Shown here: positions 1-12,950 of the stretch, in pieces
Numbering within the stretch: the first letter of the stretch is position 1
How the letters are laid out: each line of letters opens with the position of its first letter
Origin: Bacilli bacterium
Lineage (GTDB): Bacteria; Bacillota_I; Bacilli_A; JBKEDG01
Direction of reading: 5' to 3'
Assembly (NCBI GenBank): GCA_047975285.1
Contig: JBKEDG010000031.1
Span: 268 to 64,267 of the forward strand
Length of the DNA stretch: 64,000 bases
Program-made: the position numbers and the translations under genes
Notes under the pieces: generated by a model
Seen by the model: the letters and a program-made list of their open reading frames with translations, nothing else
Database searches by the model: none
Told to the model about the DNA's origin: nothing

Positions 1-891
1 TCTCATATTGCAATATTTTCTGGGTTCATAGTAGCACTTCTTTTTGGTTTTACCTTTCTTTTTATAAATACTGCCTTAGAAATAACTTCTGTTCCTATTT
101 TATTAACATACCGCTTTTTATTTGCTTTTGTTACAATTAATATTTTAGTTAAACTAAAGATATTTAAAGTTAATTTAAAGGGTAAACAACTTTTCCCACT
201 TATTGTGCTAGCACTTATAAATCCTGTACTTAATTTTTTAACTGAGGCTAGTGCTCTAAAGCATATTACTTCTATCCAGGTTGCAATTTTTCTTTCCTTA
301 TCTCCAATAATCGTCCTAGTTTTTTCTAGGTTATTTTTAAAAGAACACATTAGTAAACCCCAGTCAATGTTTATTATTCTTTCAGTTACTGGAGTAATTA
401 TTTCAATATTTGATAGTTTAAAGACTCAAAATAGTTCTTCAGCACTAGGTATAACACTTATCACTATTACTGTACTAACTGGTGCAATGCTTGGATTATT
501 AACTAAGAAATTTTCCAAACATAATTACAGTGCTAATGATATTACTTATGTGATGATTTGTATTGGCTTTATCGTATTTACTAGTATTGCTTTAGTTACT
601 AATCCAATTAGTGAAGTAATTGCTCCCATAAAAAATGGGAAGTTTATTATTTGCACACTATACTTAGGTATTGGCGCTAGTGTTATTGGATATGGTTTAT
701 ATACTTTTATGTATACACAAATTTCAGCAGCTTCAGCAAGTGTATTTATCAATTTAACCACTGTAGTTTCTACACTAGTTGGAGTTATAATACTTAAGGA
801 AAGTTTAAACATTTTACAAGTTATTGGGTCAATTCTAATTGTTGTAAGTGTAATTTGTGCAAATATTATTGAATATCGTAAAACAAATTAA
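1..891 (+). CDS. DMT/EamA-family membrane transporter (5' end outside window)
   Basis: Frame 1 is open from base 1 into the listed 205..891 ORF. The product is polytopic and hydrophobic, with EamA-like repeats. Confidence 0.6.
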   Translation, partial: SHIAIFSGFIVALLFGFTFLFINTALEITSVPILLTYRFLFAFVTINILVKLKIFKVNLKGKQLFPLIVLALINPVLNFLTEASALKHITSIQVAIFLSLSPIIVLVFSRLFLKEHISKPQSMFIILSVTGVIISIFDSLKTQNSSSALGITLITITVLTGAMLGLLTKKFSKHNYSANDITYVMICIGFIVFTSIALVTNPISEVIAPIKNGKFIICTLYLGIGASVIGYGLYTFMYTQISAASASVFINLTTVVSTLVGVIILKESLNILQVIGSILIVVSVICANIIEYRKTN

Positions 892-892
892 A

Positions 893-910
893 AGCACTCT
901 ACGGAGTGCT
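893..910. terminator. Hairpin GCACTC-TACG-GAGTGC between convergent genes, with a T-run on the minus side
   Basis: Perfect 6-bp inverted repeat overlapping the stop of the 909..1661 minus-strand gene. Confidence 0.5.
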
Positions 911-1661
911 AAATACTAAATTCTTGATTATTAAATTTCTCTATATACGCTATTACTTCATCCTTAAGTTTCTTATCATATTTATCAAGTGCTAGTGCTG
1001 TTTTTTCTTTTCCCGCTGATGATAAATGCTTATCTAGGTATGGAAATAACACATTATCTTCTTTATAAATATGATTTTCTAGCATTTGGCAAAACTCATC
1101 AATATATTCTTTTGCCATATCATCCGTATTAGAATTAATAATGTTTGCTCTTAAACTGCGACCAAGTTCGTGTTCTTCATACATCGCTTCAACAATTTCC
1201 TTGCCTCTAAATAAGCAAAATAATAAGTCCTCTTCTTTTTGATGATGAAACTTATCTGCAAATAGTGATAAGTATGTACTAATTTTATTTATATCTTCTT
1301 GATAAATTTTTAAGAAATCCTTTTTTGTTGTAATGTACTTTAACATATAAATTAATTCTTTAATATACTTATGTTCATCTATTAATGTTTCCACAATTTT
1401 AGAATATTTACTGTGTACTGGCATTGCACTAAATTTTGGCATTTCTTCTGTTTCTCCTAGTGCTAGTTTATCCATATGTTCATACATTAATACTTGATCT
1501 TCTTTTGAGAAGTTATGATATTCTAAGATATCTTTAAGTAAACATGATTTTACACTACATTTCATACAATCAACATCATTAATAATTAAAAATTCTTGAA
1601 CTTTAGGATACTTAGTAATTATTTCATTAATAGATATATCTCTATTAAGCATCGATTTCAC
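909..1661 (-). CDS. Hemerythrin-like (HHE cation-binding) domain protein
   Basis: His/Glu-rich motifs (HHQKEEDLLF, EHELG) typical of hemerythrin-like metal-binding domains. Its start overlaps the end of the upstream gene. Confidence 0.5.
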   Translation of the reverse strand: MKSMLNRDISINEIITKYPKVQEFLIINDVDCMKCSVKSCLLKDILEYHNFSKEDQVLMYEHMDKLALGETEEMPKFSAMPVHSKYSKIVETLIDEHKYIKELIYMLKYITTKKDFLKIYQEDINKISTYLSLFADKFHHQKEEDLLFCLFRGKEIVEAMYEEHELGRSLRANIINSNTDDMAKEYIDEFCQMLENHIYKEDNVLFPYLDKHLSSAGKEKTALALDKYDKKLKDEVIAYIEKFNNQEFSI

Positions 1662-2016
1662 CGTTTAATTTAATCACTACTTCTTTAAATTCAATCTCTT
1701 TATTACTATTAGCAAGTGCTTGTTTAGCAGCAAAAGCAAGTCCCATACAGCAAGGAACTTCCATTCTAACTACTGTAATTGAATTAATATCATTATTTGA
1801 AAATATTGCTGATAATTTATCAGTATAATCTACTCCATCAAGCTTTGGACACCCTATTATTGTAGTTTTACCTGCAATAAAATCTTGGTGAAAAGATGCG
1901 TATGCAAATGCACAACAATCTGCAGCAATTAGTAAATCCTTGCCATTAAAAGATTCGTGATCTTCACTGATTAATTTTATTTGTATTGGCCATTGGCTTA
2001 ATTTTGATTCATTCAT
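1645..2016 (-). CDS. Small Cys-rich protein of unknown function, possibly metal or Fe-S binding
   Basis: 123 aa with CC, GCPK and PCCMG motifs. Overlaps the hemerythrin-like gene by 17 nt, suggesting translational coupling. Confidence 0.45.
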   Translation of the reverse strand: MNESKLSQWPIQIKLISEDHESFNGKDLLIAADCCAFAYASFHQDFIAGKTTIIGCPKLDGVDYTDKLSAIFSNNDINSITVVRMEVPCCMGLAFAAKQALANSNKEIEFKEVVIKLNGEIDA

Positions 2017-2078
2017 TTTATCATCTCCCTTTTTTATATTTTATCATAGTTTTTAGTCATTTTACGTTCCCTATGCAA

Positions 2079-2102
2079 CAAATAAAAAGAGGTTTCCCTC
2101 TT

Positions 2103-2104
<2 letters not shown>
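2079..2104 (-). terminator. Rho-independent terminator after eno
   Basis: Hairpin AAAGAGG-TTTCC-CTCTTT followed by a T-run on the minus strand. Confidence 0.5.
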
Positions 2105-4865
<2,761 letters not shown>

Positions 4866-4866
<1 letters not shown>

Positions 4867-6056
4867 TACTGCACGTCCTCAATAATATCAATACTAGGCA
4901 GTACTTTTCCTTCTAAAAATTCAAGACTTGCTCCACCGCCAGTAGAAATGTGCGTAAATTTATCTTCAAGTCCTGATTGTAAAACAGCACTTGCACTATC
5001 TCCACCACCAACAATCGTAATCGCATCGCTATTAGCAAGTGCCGTGCAAACAGCAAATGTGCCACTACTATAATTTGAAAATTCAAATACTCCAATTGGT
5101 CCATTCCATATTACAGTTTTTGCACTACTTATTACATCAGCAAATAATTTTTCTGTTTTACTTCCAATATCAAGACACATTAAGTTATCACTAATTGCAT
5201 TATTTTCAATTTCATAAACAGTTGTGTCATTGCTAAACTCTGTTGTTGCACGATGATCAATAGGCAAGACTATACGATCCTTTCCAAGTTCTAAAATTTC
5301 TTTTGCAAGGGGAATAAAATCATCTTCACACATGCTTTTACCTATATTATAACCTTGGGCTTTTAGGAACGTATAAGCCATTCCTCCGCCTATTATTACT
5401 TTATTTGCAATATCTAAAACTCTTTTTAAAACAGTAATCTTATCACTGACTTTACTACCAGACATAATTGCAACAAAAGGGCGACTTGGATTATTTAGAG
5501 CATTACCAAGGTACTTTAATTCTTTTTCAATTAGAAATCCGACTGCACTATTTGCAATATTACTTGCAATTCCAACATTACTAGCATGAGCACGATGAGC
5601 TGTACCAAAGGCATCGTTGATAAAAACATCTCCTAAACTTGCCCAGTATTTACCTAATCCTTCATCATTTTTACTTTCTTTTTTGCCATTCAAATCTTCA
5701 TATCTAGTATTTTGAATTAATAAAACTTCTTTAGAATCCATTTGGTTAATCATTGTTTCTAACTTATTTCCTCTAGTTTCATTACAAAACATTACTTTAG
5801 TATCAAGTAACTCGCATAGACGCTCATATACTATTTCTAAACTTGTATTTTCTAAATCCGACTCTTGTTTAACTCTTCCAAGATGAGAGAAAAGAATAAC
5901 TTTAGCTCCCTTTGATAAAGCATATTTTATTGTTGGTATAGCAGCAACTATTCGCTTATCATCAGTAATATTGTTATCAACAAGTGGAACATTAAAATCA
6001 ACTCTAATTAATACTTTTTTATTATTAATATCTAAATCTCTAATCGTTTTTTTCAT
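4866..6056 (-). CDS. pgk: Phosphoglycerate kinase
   Basis: 396 aa with a conserved PGK N-terminus (RVDFNVP). Confidence 0.95.
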
Positions 6057-6065
6057 TTTCTCTCC

Positions 6066-7007
6066 TTATTTAATTAAATTAATTGGCTTATCTTTAATAA
6101 AATGTTCAATATTTAATGCCACTAACTCTGCTACACGTTTTCTTGCTTCACGTGTTCCCCAAGCCATGTGTGGTGTTAAAATAAAGTTTGGCAACGATAA
6201 TAATTTATGACTAGATCCAATTGGTTCTTGGTCTACTACATCACATCCAGCAAAATAAATTTTCCCCGATTTTAGTCCGTCATATAAATCATCACTATTA
6301 ATTAAACTTCCTCTAGAAGTGTTGATAATTATTACACCATCCTTCATTTTATTAATTCTATCTTTGTTAATCATATATTTATTTTCTTTAGTAAGGGGAC
6401 AGTGCATTGATATTACATCACTAGTTGCTAGTAAATGGTTTAGCACAGTTTCATCATCATCAATATCATAAGTAATTAATTCCATTCCAAATCCTCTAAG
6501 CATCTCTCCACAGGCTTTTCCAATCATCCCATAACCAATTATTCCAGCAATCTTACCATCAAGTTCTATTAAGTCATTGTTAATGATACAGTAATCCTTA
6601 CTATTTATCCATTTATCATTTTTTACATAACTATGGTATAAACTTACACGGTTAACAACTTGTAACAGTAGAGCAACACTTGCTTGAGCAACTGATTTAG
6701 ACCCATAATTAGGAATATTAGAAACTTTAATACCCATTTTATTAGCATAATCAATATCAATGTGATTAACTCCAACTGCTGCAACTACAATATATTTTAA
6801 ATTGCTACATTTAGAAATAACCTGCTTATTTAGTTTCACATGACAAGTAACAACAATTTCACTATTTCCAATTCTATTAATTAGTTCTTCATCATTTCCC
6901 TGATACTCTTTTTCTAACCTTGGATAACTTTTAACTGTTCCAAATTGACTAAGATATTCAATATCATAATCAACAAAAAAATCGTCTAAAATCACTATTT
7001 TCATCAT
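6066..7007 (-). CDS. D-isomer-specific 2-hydroxyacid dehydrogenase (glycerate/hydroxypyruvate reductase-like)
   Basis: NAD-binding GxGxxG (GIIGYGMIG) and the catalytic region of the family. Occupies the gap/cggR position of the glycolytic operon. Confidence 0.8.
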   Translation of the reverse strand: MMKIVILDDFFVDYDIEYLSQFGTVKSYPRLEKEYQGNDEELINRIGNSEIVVTCHVKLNKQVISKCSNLKYIVVAAVGVNHIDIDYANKMGIKVSNIPNYGSKSVAQASVALLLQVVNRVSLYHSYVKNDKWINSKDYCIINNDLIELDGKIAGIIGYGMIGKACGEMLRGFGMELITYDIDDDETVLNHLLATSDVISMHCPLTKENKYMINKDRINKMKDGVIIINTSRGSLINSDDLYDGLKSGKIYFAGCDVVDQEPIGSSHKLLSLPNFILTPHMAWGTREARKRVAELVALNIEHFIKDKPINLIK

Positions 7008-7130
7008 ATCATCTCCCAGTATTGATTATATCATATATATTAATTCAAATACATCAATTAAATTATATTTATAATTTATTTATAATTTTTAATATAAAGT
7101 GTGATAAAATAATTATAGGGAGGTGAAAAG

Positions 7131-8333
7131 ATGAAATTAATAGTATTATCTTTAGATGCTGTAGGGTACAATGATTTAATGCATAACAAAAATCTTTTCC
7201 CCAATATCCATGCTGTTATTGAGCGGGGAACTATTGTAAAAGATGTAAAAACAATTAATCCCTCACTAACTTATCCAATTCATACTACAATTATAACTGG
7301 AGAATATCCAAACATTCATCAAGTTGACCATAACATTCCATTTCAGCCATTTTCTAAACATCTTAAATGGAATTGGTATTATAAAAACATTAAATCTCCT
7401 ACATTAATTGACGTGTTAAATCAAAAAAAAATGAGTACCACTTCACTTTTTTGGCCTGTAACTGCTGGTGCAAAAATTAAGCGATGTATTCCTGAAATAT
7501 GGTGCGAAAAAACAGGCAAAGTCAAAAGTAGTTTGATGTTAAAATACGGTTCTGCAAGGTTCATTTTAAAAGATGCATTAAAACATCGAAAAATTCTTAA
7601 TGGGAAAGAAAGTGTTGCTCTTGATAATTTCACTTATAATGTGTTAATGGACATTTTAAATAAACAGGCTTTAAGTGACTTAACCCTTGTCCATTTCCTA
7701 AGCGTTGATGGTGCTAAACACCTATATGGAAACTATTCAGTACATACAAAAAATGCTTTTATAACTCTAGATAACTATGTTGGTACGATCTATGAAAAAG
7801 TAAGAGGGCTAGAAGATACTACATTAGTAATACTAAGCGACCATACTCAAATAGATGTAACAACAAAAATTCCAATTAAAGAAATTTTCAAAAAACAGGG
7901 ACTTTTATTAAATAATGATTATATTGCTTATCCAAGATCTTGTAAAGGTAGTTGCTTAGTTCATATCAAGCATAATAACCAAAAAGAGCAAATTAAAAAT
8001 AAACTTAGAAAGATTTCCACTGCGACTAAAGGAATAAAAGCTTTATATGATTTGGATGAAATTGATAACATTTCTAGTCAAGCAAGTTTTTTATTAGATG
8101 CAAGTGATGGTTATTACTTTAGTGATAGCATTAGTTATGCTTCTCAACATGGATATTATCATGACCGAGATAATTATAATGTATTTATGATTGCAGCAGG
8201 AAAGAATATTAAAAAATCAGGGAGTGTTGATTCCAAAAATCTTGTTGACTATGCAAAAACTTTTGCAAGAATTCTCAATATTGAATTTGATTACGGTAGT
8301 GGTAGTTGCATAGACGAAATATTTAAAAAGTAG
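7131..8333 (+). CDS. Alkaline-phosphatase-superfamily nucleotide pyrophosphatase/phosphodiesterase (NPP family)
   Basis: LDAVG...PSLTYPIHTTIITG...H motifs of type I phosphodiesterases. Terminator hairpin TAGGGTTACCCTA plus a T-run at 8331..8350. Confidence 0.7.
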   Translation: MKLIVLSLDAVGYNDLMHNKNLFPNIHAVIERGTIVKDVKTINPSLTYPIHTTIITGEYPNIHQVDHNIPFQPFSKHLKWNWYYKNIKSPTLIDVLNQKKMSTTSLFWPVTAGAKIKRCIPEIWCEKTGKVKSSLMLKYGSARFILKDALKHRKILNGKESVALDNFTYNVLMDILNKQALSDLTLVHFLSVDGAKHLYGNYSVHTKNAFITLDNYVGTIYEKVRGLEDTTLVILSDHTQIDVTTKIPIKEIFKKQGLLLNNDYIAYPRSCKGSCLVHIKHNNQKEQIKNKLRKISTATKGIKALYDLDEIDNISSQASFLLDASDGYYFSDSISYASQHGYYHDRDNYNVFMIAAGKNIKKSGSVDSKNLVDYAKTFARILNIEFDYGSGSCIDEIFKK

Positions 8334-8348
8334 GGTTACCCTACTTTT

Positions 8349-9392
8349 TTAGATACTCTTTTTTAAACAACTAATAAATTTTTGATTATCGCTTCTATTT
8401 TTCACTGCTATTCTATAAAAAGACTCATCTAACCCCTTATAATTATCACAACTTCTAATTAAAATATTATGTTTTAATAATTTTGCTTTCAGATTAAATT
8501 CTTTATCATATCTAAATAAAATATAATTAGCTAAACCGTCATATACAGTCAATCCTAATTTTTTTAGTTCATTTTCAAGAAATGCTCTTTCATTTTTTAT
8601 TAATGATTTTGACTTTTCAACATAATCTTCAATCTCTAATACTCTAAAGGCAATTTCCTGGGAAATACTACAAACAGGCCAGTAATTACCACTTTCAATA
8701 ACCTTGCTAATAAGTTTTGAATTATTTACAAAGCAATATCCAATTCTATATCCAGCCATCGCATAAAACTTAGTAAAAGCTTTCAAAACAATCAAGTTAC
8801 TATTATTATTGACTAATTTTTTTACACTATATTTATCACTATCATTTAAAAAATCTATAAAGCACTCATCTACCATGATATACTGATGCTTATTGCATTT
8901 TTTTATAATTGCTTCTAACAACTCTCTATCTATAATATTTCCAGTCGGATTATTAGGATTACATAATACAATAAAATCAATCTCATTTGTAATTATATTT
9001 AAAAAATCTGGCAATAATTTAAAATGATTGTTTACATCTAAATAATAATATATACACTCACTATCAACTAACTTCGCCCCTTTTTCATACTCACTAAACG
9101 AGGGTGCAATCAGCAAAGTTTTTCTTGGTCTAATTGCTAAAAACATCCGAAAAATTAAGTCATTTGCTCCAGAACCAATATATATATGATCTTTTGCAAC
9201 ATTTTCATAGTAACTAAGTTTTTGAACAAGCTTCCTACTAAGAGCATCTGGGTATCTACTATATTTTTTATCAAAAATATCTATTGAATTTTTAAATTCA
9301 GGAATCCCTAATGGATTTAAATTACTAGAATAATCAAGTAAATCACAATAGTTATCATAATCATATATATTAGCTCCATGTTGTTTATTCAT
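8349..9392 (-). CDS. Class I/II aminotransferase-fold enzyme, probably L-threonine-O-3-phosphate decarboxylase (CobD) or a histidinol-phosphate aminotransferase homologue
   Basis: 347 aa of the PLP fold-type I HisC/CobD family, in an operon with cbiMNQO under a B12 riboswitch. Confidence 0.65.
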   Translation of the reverse strand: MNKQHGANIYDYDNYCDLLDYSSNLNPLGIPEFKNSIDIFDKKYSRYPDALSRKLVQKLSYYENVAKDHIYIGSGANDLIFRMFLAIRPRKTLLIAPSFSEYEKGAKLVDSECIYYYLDVNNHFKLLPDFLNIITNEIDFIVLCNPNNPTGNIIDRELLEAIIKKCNKHQYIMVDECFIDFLNDSDKYSVKKLVNNNSNLIVLKAFTKFYAMAGYRIGYCFVNNSKLISKVIESGNYWPVCSISQEIAFRVLEIEDYVEKSKSLIKNERAFLENELKKLGLTVYDGLANYILFRYDKEFNLKAKLLKHNILIRSCDNYKGLDESFYRIAVKNRSDNQKFISCLKKSI

Positions 9393-9400
9393 ATCTTCAC

Positions 9401-10234
9401 CTACTTTTCATTATATGTCTTAATTATAGATGCAATTACATCATCAAACTTATAAGCACTTGTATTAACTGCCATACCTTTACTATTAAGTAATAAATTT
9501 AGCTTAGCAATATCTGGAAGGTCTAAATTGTTAGCATCTAAAACATTTTTATTCCTAAATAAATTTAATACCGATCCATCATACACAATCTTTCCATCTT
9601 TAAGCACTTTAACATCATCACAATACTTAGATACTAGTCCCAAATCATGGGTAGATAAAACAACCGTAATTTGATTTTCGTTTTTTAATTTATTTAATAA
9701 TTTAAACAATTTATTGACAAACCGTGACGACAATCCAACGCTTGGTTCATCAAGCACTATTACTTTTGGTCTCATCACTAGTACGCCAGCAAGACAAATT
9801 AATTTTTTTTGGCCAAAACTCATTTGATGTATTGGTAATCTTATAATATTTTCTAAATCTAATACCCTAACAATCGTTTCAACTCGCCTATCTATTTCAT
9901 CTTTAGGTAATTTTAAATTTAAAAGTCCTAAACTTATATCCTTAATTGGATCGTCAATAACTAACTGGTCATCTGGGTTTTGAAAAATTAGTCCTACTTG
10001 TTTTCTTATATCTATTAAAGATTTTCTATCATATTTAATTTCACATTTATCAATTGCGATCACCCCACTATTTAACTTATTTAACCCATTCAACGTATGC
10101 AAGAGTGTTGTTTTCCCAGCTCCATTATCACCAACAATAGCACAGATACTTTGCTTTTTTATATCCATTGTAACGTTATTTAAGATGAAGTTATATTTTT
10201 GATAGCTGTAGTAAACTTTTTTTAATTTAATCAT
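9401..10234 (-). CDS. cbiO: Cobalt ECF/ABC transporter ATPase CbiO
   Basis: Walker A (GDNGAGKTT), signature (LSGG-like) and Walker B motifs. Confidence 0.85.
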   Translation of the reverse strand: MIKLKKVYYSYQKYNFILNNVTMDIKKQSICAIVGDNGAGKTTLLHTLNGLNKLNSGVIAIDKCEIKYDRKSLIDIRKQVGLIFQNPDDQLVIDDPIKDISLGLLNLKLPKDEIDRRVETIVRVLDLENIIRLPIHQMSFGQKKLICLAGVLVMRPKVIVLDEPSVGLSSRFVNKLFKLLNKLKNENQITVVLSTHDLGLVSKYCDDVKVLKDGKIVYDGSVLNLFRNKNVLDANNLDLPDIAKLNLLLNSKGMAVNTSAYKFDDVIASIIKTYNEK

Positions 10235-10235
10235 C

Positions 10236-10991
10236 TCAATTCACCTCTATCATTAATAAAGTTATAAGATAAAATATTGTAAAAAATAACATTTTATATG
10301 AAAATATATTTACACTAGTGCTGTAATTAATTTCTTTGTCGTACAGCCTTGAATCCAAAGCTGATTGTATGTTACTAATTCTTATAAATGACTTATAATA
10401 AATATTAAAAAATAGGTACACAGTTGAATATAAACTTGTTTTATAGTCAGTATACCCTTGTCTTGATATCAAACTTTTTTTAATTATTAAATGTCTTTCA
10501 TATAAAACAAAAATAAATCTGTATATAAGGGCACATAAATTAATAATTATACTTGGTACATTAATTTTATACATATATTCTAATAACTTATCTAGCCCCG
10601 TATTTAAAATGAGAAAATAGCTAGTTAATATTATTGCATATGCATTTGTAAATATAAAAATCGTATCCCTAATACTTGATGTAGTAATTCCAATTTTAAT
10701 ATCAAATATTTGTACATATTTAAGATAATTTAAAGTATTTACACTTATAATTATTGGCACACAACTTACTATTAAAAAAATGAGTGGTATGAAAAGTAAC
10801 TTAAGAAAGTCTCTGTATTTTTTCCTTAATAAATATATATTTATTGCATACATAACTATAATATTTATTATATTTATAACAATATTTTCACTAGCTAAAA
10901 CAACTACAACTATACCAGCAGCCAGACTTAACTTTTGCCCCACACTTATATTTCTTAACTTTGAATCTTTGCTTATTTCATCATAAAACAT
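10236..10991 (-). CDS. cbiQ: Cobalt transporter transmembrane component CbiQ
   Basis: Polytopic membrane protein lying between cbiN and cbiO. Confidence 0.7.
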   Translation of the reverse strand: MFYDEISKDSKLRNISVGQKLSLAAGIVVVVLASENIVINIINIIVMYAINIYLLRKKYRDFLKLLFIPLIFLIVSCVPIIISVNTLNYLKYVQIFDIKIGITTSSIRDTIFIFTNAYAIILTSYFLILNTGLDKLLEYMYKINVPSIIINLCALIYRFIFVLYERHLIIKKSLISRQGYTDYKTSLYSTVYLFFNIYYKSFIRISNIQSALDSRLYDKEINYSTSVNIFSYKMLFFTIFYLITLLMIEVN

Positions 10992-11259
10992 TTGATTTTT
11001 GCTTGTTTGATATTTTACCTAAGCAGTAACCAAGCCCTAGACTTCCTAGCACTGCTTGCAAAGTAAAAAACATTGTTTCCATTTCATCATTAATTTCAAA
11101 AATAGATTCACTATGAGGCTTGTATTCTTTATCAATCTCATAAATAGCATTAACCCCCATATCATCTGTGCCAAAAAACTCTTCTTTGATAAATATATAT
11201 GGAATAAATATAATTAATAATATTGCTACTACACCAAGTAGTATTTTAATTTTCTTCAT
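10981..11259 (-). CDS. cbiN: Cobalt transport protein CbiN
   Basis: About 90 aa two-TM protein with the CbiN-like FGTDD motif. Overlaps cbiM and cbiQ. Confidence 0.7.
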   Translation of the reverse strand: MKKIKILLGVVAILLIIFIPYIFIKEEFFGTDDMGVNAIYEIDKEYKPHSESIFEINDEMETMFFTLQAVLGSLGLGYCLGKISNKQKSNVL

Positions 11260-11992
11260 GATGAACTCCAAATGGCATTATCCCATACTTTTTAATACTT
11301 GTTATAACAAATACTGTTAAAATTCCTTCAATTATTGCTAATGGAACCTGTGTTGGTAAAAATATTAATATAAATTTGATAATTGATTGAAAAAGTGGAC
11401 TAGATTCATTAGCGTGCCCTAAACCAAGTTCAATTGCAGTAGTTAAATATATTGCTAAGTTTGAGATAACTGTAGCTATAAACACACTTATTCCAAAAGA
11501 AACTTTAAGTTTTCTTGATAAATGATATACCCCATACGCAACGTACGCTCCAACTATTGCCATTGAAAATACATTTGCACCCAATGTTGTAAGTCCCCCA
11601 TGAGCAAGTAAAATTGCTTGAAATAACAAAACTATTAATCCAATTATACTAATTGGACTAGGGCCAAGTAATATGGCTCCAAGTGCAATTCCAGTTGCAT
11701 GAGAAGAACTCCCAGTTAACGATGGAAGTTTTAGTGCAGAAATAACAAACACAAACGCCCCCGACATTGCAAAAACTAAAAGTGCATCAGAATTATCATC
11801 AACTTGTTTTCTAATTTTTAAATAACCAAGAATTATAAACGGTACTGAAATAACTCCCCATAAAACACTCCAACCTCTAGGTAAAAATCCTTCCATTATA
11901 TGCATTGCATAAATATTTTTAGAAGTTAACATTATCCCAACTGCGTACAATATACATAATCCTAACCCTTTTTTTACTAAAGCTTTTTTCAT
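11246..11992 (-). CDS. cbiM: Cobalt transporter substrate-capture component CbiM
   Basis: Signal peptide followed by MHIMEGFLP, where the N-terminal Met-His is the metal ligand in the CbiM/NikM family. The ORF track's upstream Met at 12070 is probably not the start. Confidence 0.8.
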   Translation of the reverse strand: MKKALVKKGLGLCILYAVGIMLTSKNIYAMHIMEGFLPRGWSVLWGVISVPFIILGYLKIRKQVDDNSDALLVFAMSGAFVFVISALKLPSLTGSSSHATGIALGAILLGPSPISIIGLIVLLFQAILLAHGGLTTLGANVFSMAIVGAYVAYGVYHLSRKLKVSFGISVFIATVISNLAIYLTTAIELGLGHANESSPLFQSIIKFILIFLPTQVPLAIIEGILTVFVITSIKKYGIMPFGVHHEEN

Positions 11993-12124
11993 TATTACCT
12001 CCCTATACAAATAAAAAACTATCTTACGATAGTTTAAAATATACAGTGATAATCTAATATACTTATTCATCGTAAGTAATACTACAAATTAGATAAGTAT
12101 CCTGACTTAAGTCTATCATATTAT

Positions 12125-12240
12125 TACACCTTCCCTATATCAATAAGTGGCACAAGTAATAACACTAAACTATCACAGTTGCGAGACAGTGTAGGAATTT
12201 AACCTACTTCCTTATAATCCTAATTTAATATTTAATTTTC
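12125..12240 (-). ncRNA. Cobalamin (B12) riboswitch in the cbiMNQO leader
   Basis: Minus-strand RNA contains AAGGAAGUAGGUUAAAUUCC, matching the AGGGAA..GGUGAAAAUCC core, followed by the B12-box-like CGCAACUGUGA. It sits between the promoter and cbiM. Confidence 0.55.
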
Positions 12241-12246
12241 AAATAC

Positions 12247-12276
12247 ACTATACCACAAATAAAAACCCCTTGTCAA
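12247..12276 (-). promoter_or_regulatory. Sigma-A promoter, TTGACA-18 nt-TATAGT, for the cbi operon
   Basis: Consensus -35 and near-consensus -10 on the minus strand, upstream of the riboswitch. Confidence 0.6.
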
Positions 12277-12314
12277 GATTTAATTATAAATGCTATAAAA
12301 CCTTAAACTTAAAA

Positions 12315-12950
12315 CTATTTTAACTCAATTATACGTGATGCGTGTGACTTGAAAATTTTATCATGTGATACAACAATTATAGTTTTGCCCTCATCATTTA
12401 TTTCCTTAAAAAACTCTACTACCATTTGTCTATTATCTTCATCAAGACTACCAGTTGGTTCATCTGCTAATATGATTTCACAAGGTTTTAACAAAGCCCT
12501 AAGTATAGCAACTTTTTGCTGTTCTCCACCACTTAATTCATATATATAACTATCTATCTTATCTACTAACCCAACTCTTGTCAATTCTTGATTGATAAGT
12601 TTTAGTTTTTCCGTCTTACTCAATTTTAATTCTTGCATTGAAAATAGTAAGTTGTATTTAACAGTTTTCATTTGAATAAGTGCAAAATTTTGAAATATAA
12701 AATTAACCAAGTTTTTTCTAATAAATTTCTTATGTTGAATTGTGTTATAAACTTTTCCATCTTTTAAAAATTCAATACTACCTTCACTCACATCTTCTAA
12801 GCTACCTATCATATTTAGCAAAGTTGTTTTCCCAGATCCACTTTTACCATATATACATACAAACTCGCCCGCTTCTATCTCTAAATTACAATTAGATATA
12901 ATCTCATTTTTATCAAATTTTTTATATACATTTTTACACTTAATAACCAT
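12315..12950 (-). CDS. ABC transporter ATP-binding protein (lactococcin-972 immunity/export type)
   Basis: Walker A (GKSGSGKTT), signature (LSGGEQQ) and Walker B motifs. Overlaps the upstream DUF1430-type permease gene. Confidence 0.85.
   Translation of the reverse strand: MVIKCKNVYKKFDKNEIISNCNLEIEAGEFVCIYGKSGSGKTTLLNMIGSLEDVSEGSIEFLKDGKVYNTIQHKKFIRKNLVNFIFQNFALIQMKTVKYNLLFSMQELKLSKTEKLKLINQELTRVGLVDKIDSYIYELSGGEQQKVAILRALLKPCEIILADEPTGSLDEDNRQMVVEFFKEINDEGKTIIVVSHDKIFKSHASRIIELK

Noticed and set aside
3-350. 115-aa minus-strand ORF at the window start.
   Set aside because: It lies antisense inside a continuous plus-strand EamA-transporter reading frame that is open from base 1, so it is a spurious AT-rich ORF.
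12349-12549. 66-aa plus-strand ORF, together with similar short antisense ORFs at 4090..4278, 7421..7633, 10780..10986, 18279..18515 and 35105..35847.
   Set aside because: All are embedded antisense in strongly supported minus-strand or plus-strand genes. They have low complexity and no motifs.
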